Positions 59,783 through 64,000 of a stretch of DNA of 64,000 nucleotides are shown here, piece after piece (position 1 is the stretch's first letter; the number at the start of each line of letters is the position of its first letter). The notes beneath the pieces are model-generated. The model worked only from the letters and a program-made list of their open reading frames with translations. It searched no databases and had not been told where the DNA came from. The position numbers were made by a program, and so were the translations under genes. The stretch is from Candidatus Babeliales bacterium (GTDB taxonomy: Bacteria > Babelota > Babeliae > Babelales > JANWKD01): assembly GCA_963722075.1 (NCBI GenBank), contig CAVRJM010000001.1, positions 480,001 to 544,000 on the forward strand, in the 5' to 3' direction.

Positions 59783-60676
59783 GTGCTTGCAAGTATGACC
59801 GGATTTGCATCAAAAATTATAGAAGTTCACACCAGTAACAATAATAAAGCATTTATTTCACTGATTTTAAAATCACTTAACTCACGATTTTTTGAGGCTT
59901 CGTGCAAATTGCCGCATGCATTGCAACCACTAGAAATTGAATTTATAAAAATGTTCAAAGAATCACTCCATCGGGGAAAGGTTACTTTTAATGTAACCGT
60001 AAGCAACCCGTTAATATTTAGTGGCCCCATTGAACCTTCTTTTTATATGGTTCAAAATTATTTACAAGCAATAGAAAATATTCAGCAAAAGTACGGCGTT
60101 AGCGGCACCATTACCATGAGCGATCTCTTAAAACTTCCTCATATTTTTATTGAAGAAGAATCGACACTTGATCAGGCGATCCATAATCTTATTATGACTA
60201 CAACGCGAGAGCTTATTACCATCTTATCTGATTCCCAACAAAAAGAAGGCGCACTGTTACAAAAAGATATTGAACAGCGGCTGGCTATTATTCTTACAAA
60301 AATCACTGAGATTGAAACGTTAGCAAGCGAATTGATAGTAAAGAATAATCTTGCGGTACAACAAAAATTAGCCAAATATGAACAAAGTTCTGCAGAGATT
60401 ATTGAATTAACTAAGCATCAACTCTATGCAGAATTAGAACGGATGGATATTCATGAAGAAATTATTAGGTTTAAAAGTCATTTAACGTTACTAAATAATT
60501 TCATTGCTTCAAAAGAAGTAGAAAAAGGTCGCCGTATTGATTTTACTTTGCAAGAATTAACGCGAGAGATTAATACCATTGGTGCTAAAACGGCTGATCC
60601 TTTAATTGGTTCCTTAGCAATCACCATCAAAGTAGAATTAGAAAAAATAAGGGAGCAGGCACAAAATATTGTTTAA
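59783..60676 (+). CDS. yicC: YicC/YloC family endoribonuclease
   Basis: SMTGFA, KSLNSRF, RGKV, DIHEEI.R, GRRIDF..QE..REINTIG and EKIREQAQN. Confidence 0.95.
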   Translation: MLASMTGFASKIIEVHTSNNNKAFISLILKSLNSRFFEASCKLPHALQPLEIEFIKMFKESLHRGKVTFNVTVSNPLIFSGPIEPSFYMVQNYLQAIENIQQKYGVSGTITMSDLLKLPHIFIEEESTLDQAIHNLIMTTTRELITILSDSQQKEGALLQKDIEQRLAIILTKITEIETLASELIVKNNLAVQQKLAKYEQSSAEIIELTKHQLYAELERMDIHEEIIRFKSHLTLLNNFIASKEVEKGRRIDFTLQELTREINTIGAKTADPLIGSLAITIKVELEKIREQAQNIV

Positions 60677-60698
60677 ATTCAAAAAAAGAGAGTTTTTA

Positions 60699-62195
60699 AT
60701 GAAAAAAATTATTGTTCTATTTTTATCAATCTCGGTAATGGCTGCTTATGCATTAGATATAGTAGAAGATTATGATCTGCAATCATATATTGCATCAGTC
60801 GAAGATACTATTACACGCGACTGCTCATTTTCAATTCAACAAATTACCCAATTTAATATTCCCTTTACCATTACCAATCCGGGTTTATATTGTTTAGCCC
60901 CCAATACCGCTTCAATAAGCCCAAGCCAAACCGGACGGCTAGTGGTAAGCTCAGGAACCGGCATTACCGTTAGCACCAGTAATGTTATTATTGATTTTAA
61001 TGACACTATTTTAGAAGGCCAAGGCGGTGCTACAGGAATACAGATTAGTAATGGCGTACAAAATGTTATTATTCGCAATGGTACCGTTCGTGCTATGACG
61101 CTTGCTGGGATTACCTTTAATAACATTGCTAATCAACAAACTGGTCCCATTATTCTTAGCAATATCACTTTGATGAATAACAGTATCGGCTTGAATACCG
61201 CTAATCCCTTTAACTTAGTTGCCAATAATATCCGTGCTTATTTTTCTACTAACACGGGATTTTTCGTAAATCAAGCAACCAATTGCTTATTTACCAATTG
61301 TATAAGCAATAACAATTCGGTAAATGGCTTCACCGTGCAAAATGCTAATTCAGTTACTTTCGTATCATGCTTTGCAGAAAGCAATTCAAATAATGGTTTC
61401 AATATTGTTGGCGTAGCTGGTTCTCAATTTATTAACTGTATAGCAAATAGAAATAAAACAGGCTTTCTACAAGTTAATGGTACTCTGACCAGCCAAGATG
61501 ATATTTTCAAAAACTGTATTGCACAACAAAACAATAACATCGGCTTTAATATTCAATTACAACAATCAATTCTTAGTCAATGCATTTCATCGTTAAATCT
61601 AACAGGATTTCAAATCAACGGCTCAAATAATACTATTACAGATTCAGTAGCTAATGATAATACCAATACCGGTTTTAACCTTATAGGAACTGCAAATCAA
61701 AGTAATCAATTTGAAGAATGCCATGCCCTGAATAATGGTTCGCATGGGTTTCAAACCATTGGTAACTTTAATAGCATTTTAGACTGTGTTTCAAAAAACA
61801 ATTCGGGTAATGGTATTGTACTCACTGGCACTGGATCAGAAATACAAAATTGTCATATAATAAATAATGGATTAAATGGGATTAATGTTAATGGCAGTGC
61901 TCATGTCATTTTATCAAATGTTATTGATACCCATAAATCGAGCGCAAGTACGCTCACCAGTGTAGGAATATTATTAGCAGTTACGGGCACATTTGGTAAC
62001 ACTGCGTCACTTAATGCCGTACGAAATAATTCACTGGTTAATAACACCGTAGGGATTAATAATCAAGGAATTGGCAATAAAATATATTCAAATTTTGCAA
62101 GCGCTAATACCACTGATTACATTGGCGTTCCCAATGTATCAGTTTCACCAACAGTAGCAACGCCAATTAACTTTACGGCTAATATTGCTGAATAA
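60699..62195 (+). CDS. Secreted right-handed parallel beta-helix repeat protein
   Basis: Signal MKKIIV, PFTITNPGLYCL, and repeated N-N-x-x-G-F / NC Asn ladders. Confidence 0.85.
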   Translation: MKKIIVLFLSISVMAAYALDIVEDYDLQSYIASVEDTITRDCSFSIQQITQFNIPFTITNPGLYCLAPNTASISPSQTGRLVVSSGTGITVSTSNVIIDFNDTILEGQGGATGIQISNGVQNVIIRNGTVRAMTLAGITFNNIANQQTGPIILSNITLMNNSIGLNTANPFNLVANNIRAYFSTNTGFFVNQATNCLFTNCISNNNSVNGFTVQNANSVTFVSCFAESNSNNGFNIVGVAGSQFINCIANRNKTGFLQVNGTLTSQDDIFKNCIAQQNNNIGFNIQLQQSILSQCISSLNLTGFQINGSNNTITDSVANDNTNTGFNLIGTANQSNQFEECHALNNGSHGFQTIGNFNSILDCVSKNNSGNGIVLTGTGSEIQNCHIINNGLNGINVNGSAHVILSNVIDTHKSSASTLTSVGILLAVTGTFGNTASLNAVRNNSLVNNTVGINNQGIGNKIYSNFASANTTDYIGVPNVSVSPTVATPINFTANIAE

Positions 62196-62313
62196 GGATC
62201 TTTATATTTTTTGCAATCTCTTTATACTAAAGAGCAATCATTTATTAATTAGATTATTTAGAATGTGTACAAAAACGTATACTCAAGGCTAAAAAGTCAT
62301 TGCATTGAAAAAC

Positions 62314-62539
62314 CGTCGTTGCGAGCTTGCGAAGCAATCCAGGCTAAAAAGAAATAAAAAACTGATATAAATAGAATAGAATAAGACTCAATGAGTTATC
62401 AGTGTTGTAAGAAAATAAATCTCTACTATCTGGAACAAATAGGGAATGGCTAATATTATTCATCAGTAAATTTGTATTATGATTTATTGCAGAAAATTTT
62501 CAAAGAAAACCTGGATTGCTTCGTAAACTCGCAACGACG
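62314..62539. repeat. Inverted doublet of CGTC-type REP-like palindromes
   Basis: cgtcgttgcgagcttgcgaagcaatccagg (62314-62343) and cctggattgcttcgtaaactcgcaacgacg (62510-62539). Same family as 10948-11112. Confidence 0.9.
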
Positions 62540-62606
62540 TCCTCTTGCAAATTTACGTTATTTCCCAAGATTTTGTTACACAGAATAAAAAAAATTACAT
62601 ATAGTT

Positions 62607-64000
62607 ATGTCAAACCAGCATTTTACTCATCTTCACCTCCACTCTGAATTTTCACTCCTTGATGGGGCGATTCAAATCGATAAATTGATCGAATTTGGCA
62701 AGCAACATAATTTTAAAGCATTAGCAATAACTGATCATGGCAACATATTTGGTGCAGTAAAATTTTTTCAAAAATGTAAAAAAGCAGGTATTAAACCAAT
62801 TCTGGGTATGGAAGCATATTTTACTGAAGATGCCACCATAAAAAATGCCGATCGCAAATATTACCACCTTATATTATTAGTACAAAATGAGATCGGTTAT
62901 AAAAATTTATGCAAACTTATATCATATTCCTATCAATCAGGGTTTTATTTTAAGCCGCGCATTGATTATACCCAATTAGAAAAGCATTCAGAAGGTCTCA
63001 TTGTCACGAGTGCTTGTTTGGGAGGCCATATCCCTTCCTTATTAATGAATAATCAACAAGAACAAGCTATCGATCGCTTAAATTGGTTTTTAAATGTATT
63101 TGGACCTGAGCGATTTTACTTAGAAATTCAACCAGAAGATCAACAAGATCAAATCACTTTAAATAGCAAATTATATGAATTAAGTTCGCAATACCAGGTT
63201 AAATTGGTTGCTACCGGCGATTGTCATTATATTCATGCAGATGATCGTGAAGCACATGAAGTTATGCTTTCTATTCAAACACAGCATAAAATTACCGATC
63301 CCGATCGATTTACTTTTGGCCAAGCACGTGTCCACATAAGAACAGCCAACGAAATGTTATCATTATTTGCCCAACATCCTGAGGCAATTTGGAATAGTGG
63401 TGTAATTGCTGATGCCTGTAACTTTGAATTTCCATCAGGAAAACTCCATTTTCCTGAGTTCAAAATCCCCGAAAACCATAGCACCGATTCATATTTTAAC
63501 CAATTATGTCAGCAGGGTCTTTCTACCTTAATAAATAAGGGAATAATTGACAGCGATAAACAACAAGATTATTGGGATCGCCTTACGTTTGAATGTGATT
63601 TAATTATCAAAATGGGATTTGTCGGTTATTTTTTGGTCGTTAGTGACTTTATTCAATGGGCGAAACGAAACAATATCCCCGTTGGACCCGGCAGAGGATC
63701 TGCAGCAGGATCATTAGTAGCATGGACACTTCAAATAACTAATATTGACCCCCTCAAATACAACTTATTATTTGAACGATTTTTAAATCCAGAACGTATC
63801 AGCATGCCCGATATCGATATCGATTTTTGTATAGAAGGACGAGAATCAGTCATTAATTACGTACGTGAAAAATATGGGCATGATAAGGTAGGTCAGATTA
63901 TTACTTTTGGTACCATGATGGCAAAAGGCGTCATTAAAGATGTAGCACGCGTTCTGGGGATGCCTTTTGAAGATTCTAATGGGATTTCAGCACTTATTCC
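62607..64000 (+). CDS. dnaE: DNA polymerase III alpha subunit (truncated by window end)
   Basis: MSNQHFTHLHLHSEFSLLDGA, ITDHGN, GPGRGSAAGSLV and FERFLNPERISMPDIDIDF. Confidence 0.97.
   Translation, partial: MSNQHFTHLHLHSEFSLLDGAIQIDKLIEFGKQHNFKALAITDHGNIFGAVKFFQKCKKAGIKPILGMEAYFTEDATIKNADRKYYHLILLVQNEIGYKNLCKLISYSYQSGFYFKPRIDYTQLEKHSEGLIVTSACLGGHIPSLLMNNQQEQAIDRLNWFLNVFGPERFYLEIQPEDQQDQITLNSKLYELSSQYQVKLVATGDCHYIHADDREAHEVMLSIQTQHKITDPDRFTFGQARVHIRTANEMLSLFAQHPEAIWNSGVIADACNFEFPSGKLHFPEFKIPENHSTDSYFNQLCQQGLSTLINKGIIDSDKQQDYWDRLTFECDLIIKMGFVGYFLVVSDFIQWAKRNNIPVGPGRGSAAGSLVAWTLQITNIDPLKYNLLFERFLNPERISMPDIDIDFCIEGRESVINYVREKYGHDKVGQIITFGTMMAKGVIKDVARVLGMPFEDSNGISALI

Overview
An AT-rich bacterial chromosome segment. 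It mixes housekeeping genes (pgk, dnaA, rplU, Trk/Ktr K+ uptake, dimeric GlyRS, tlyA, pssA, mutS, putP, psd, uvrA, rodA, ruvB, yebC, yicC, dnaE and four tRNAs) with many signal-peptide-bearing orphan, ankyrin, AAA+ and beta-helix proteins. This gene content resembles an intracellular parasite of protists such as Dependentiae/Babeliae (TM6); that assignment is an inference. Main points of interest: (1) at 50.6-56.5 kb, a polymorphic-toxin locus with a 1134-aa Sec-signal protein that has an unrecognised N-terminal region and a C-terminal Ntox21/CdiA-CT(ECL)-like rRNase, followed by four CdiI(ECL)-like immunity paralogs and a hidden degenerate orphan toxin tip; (2) a bacterial protein resembling the eukaryotic mitochondrial NCA2/DGS1 family; (3) a 423-bp direct repeat covering the uvrA 3' end and adjacent intergenic DNA, with almost only synonymous differences, each copy leading into a divergent secreted AAA+ ATPase; (4) two families of palindromic REP-like elements that nest inside each other and abut tRNA CCA ends; (5) a recurring 'signal peptide then Met-D/E/N/Q' signature. 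Several net +1 frameshifts could be real pseudogenes or assembly errors. No CRISPR array, rRNA, transposase or integrase was seen. All family assignments come from motif recognition by eye, not database searches.
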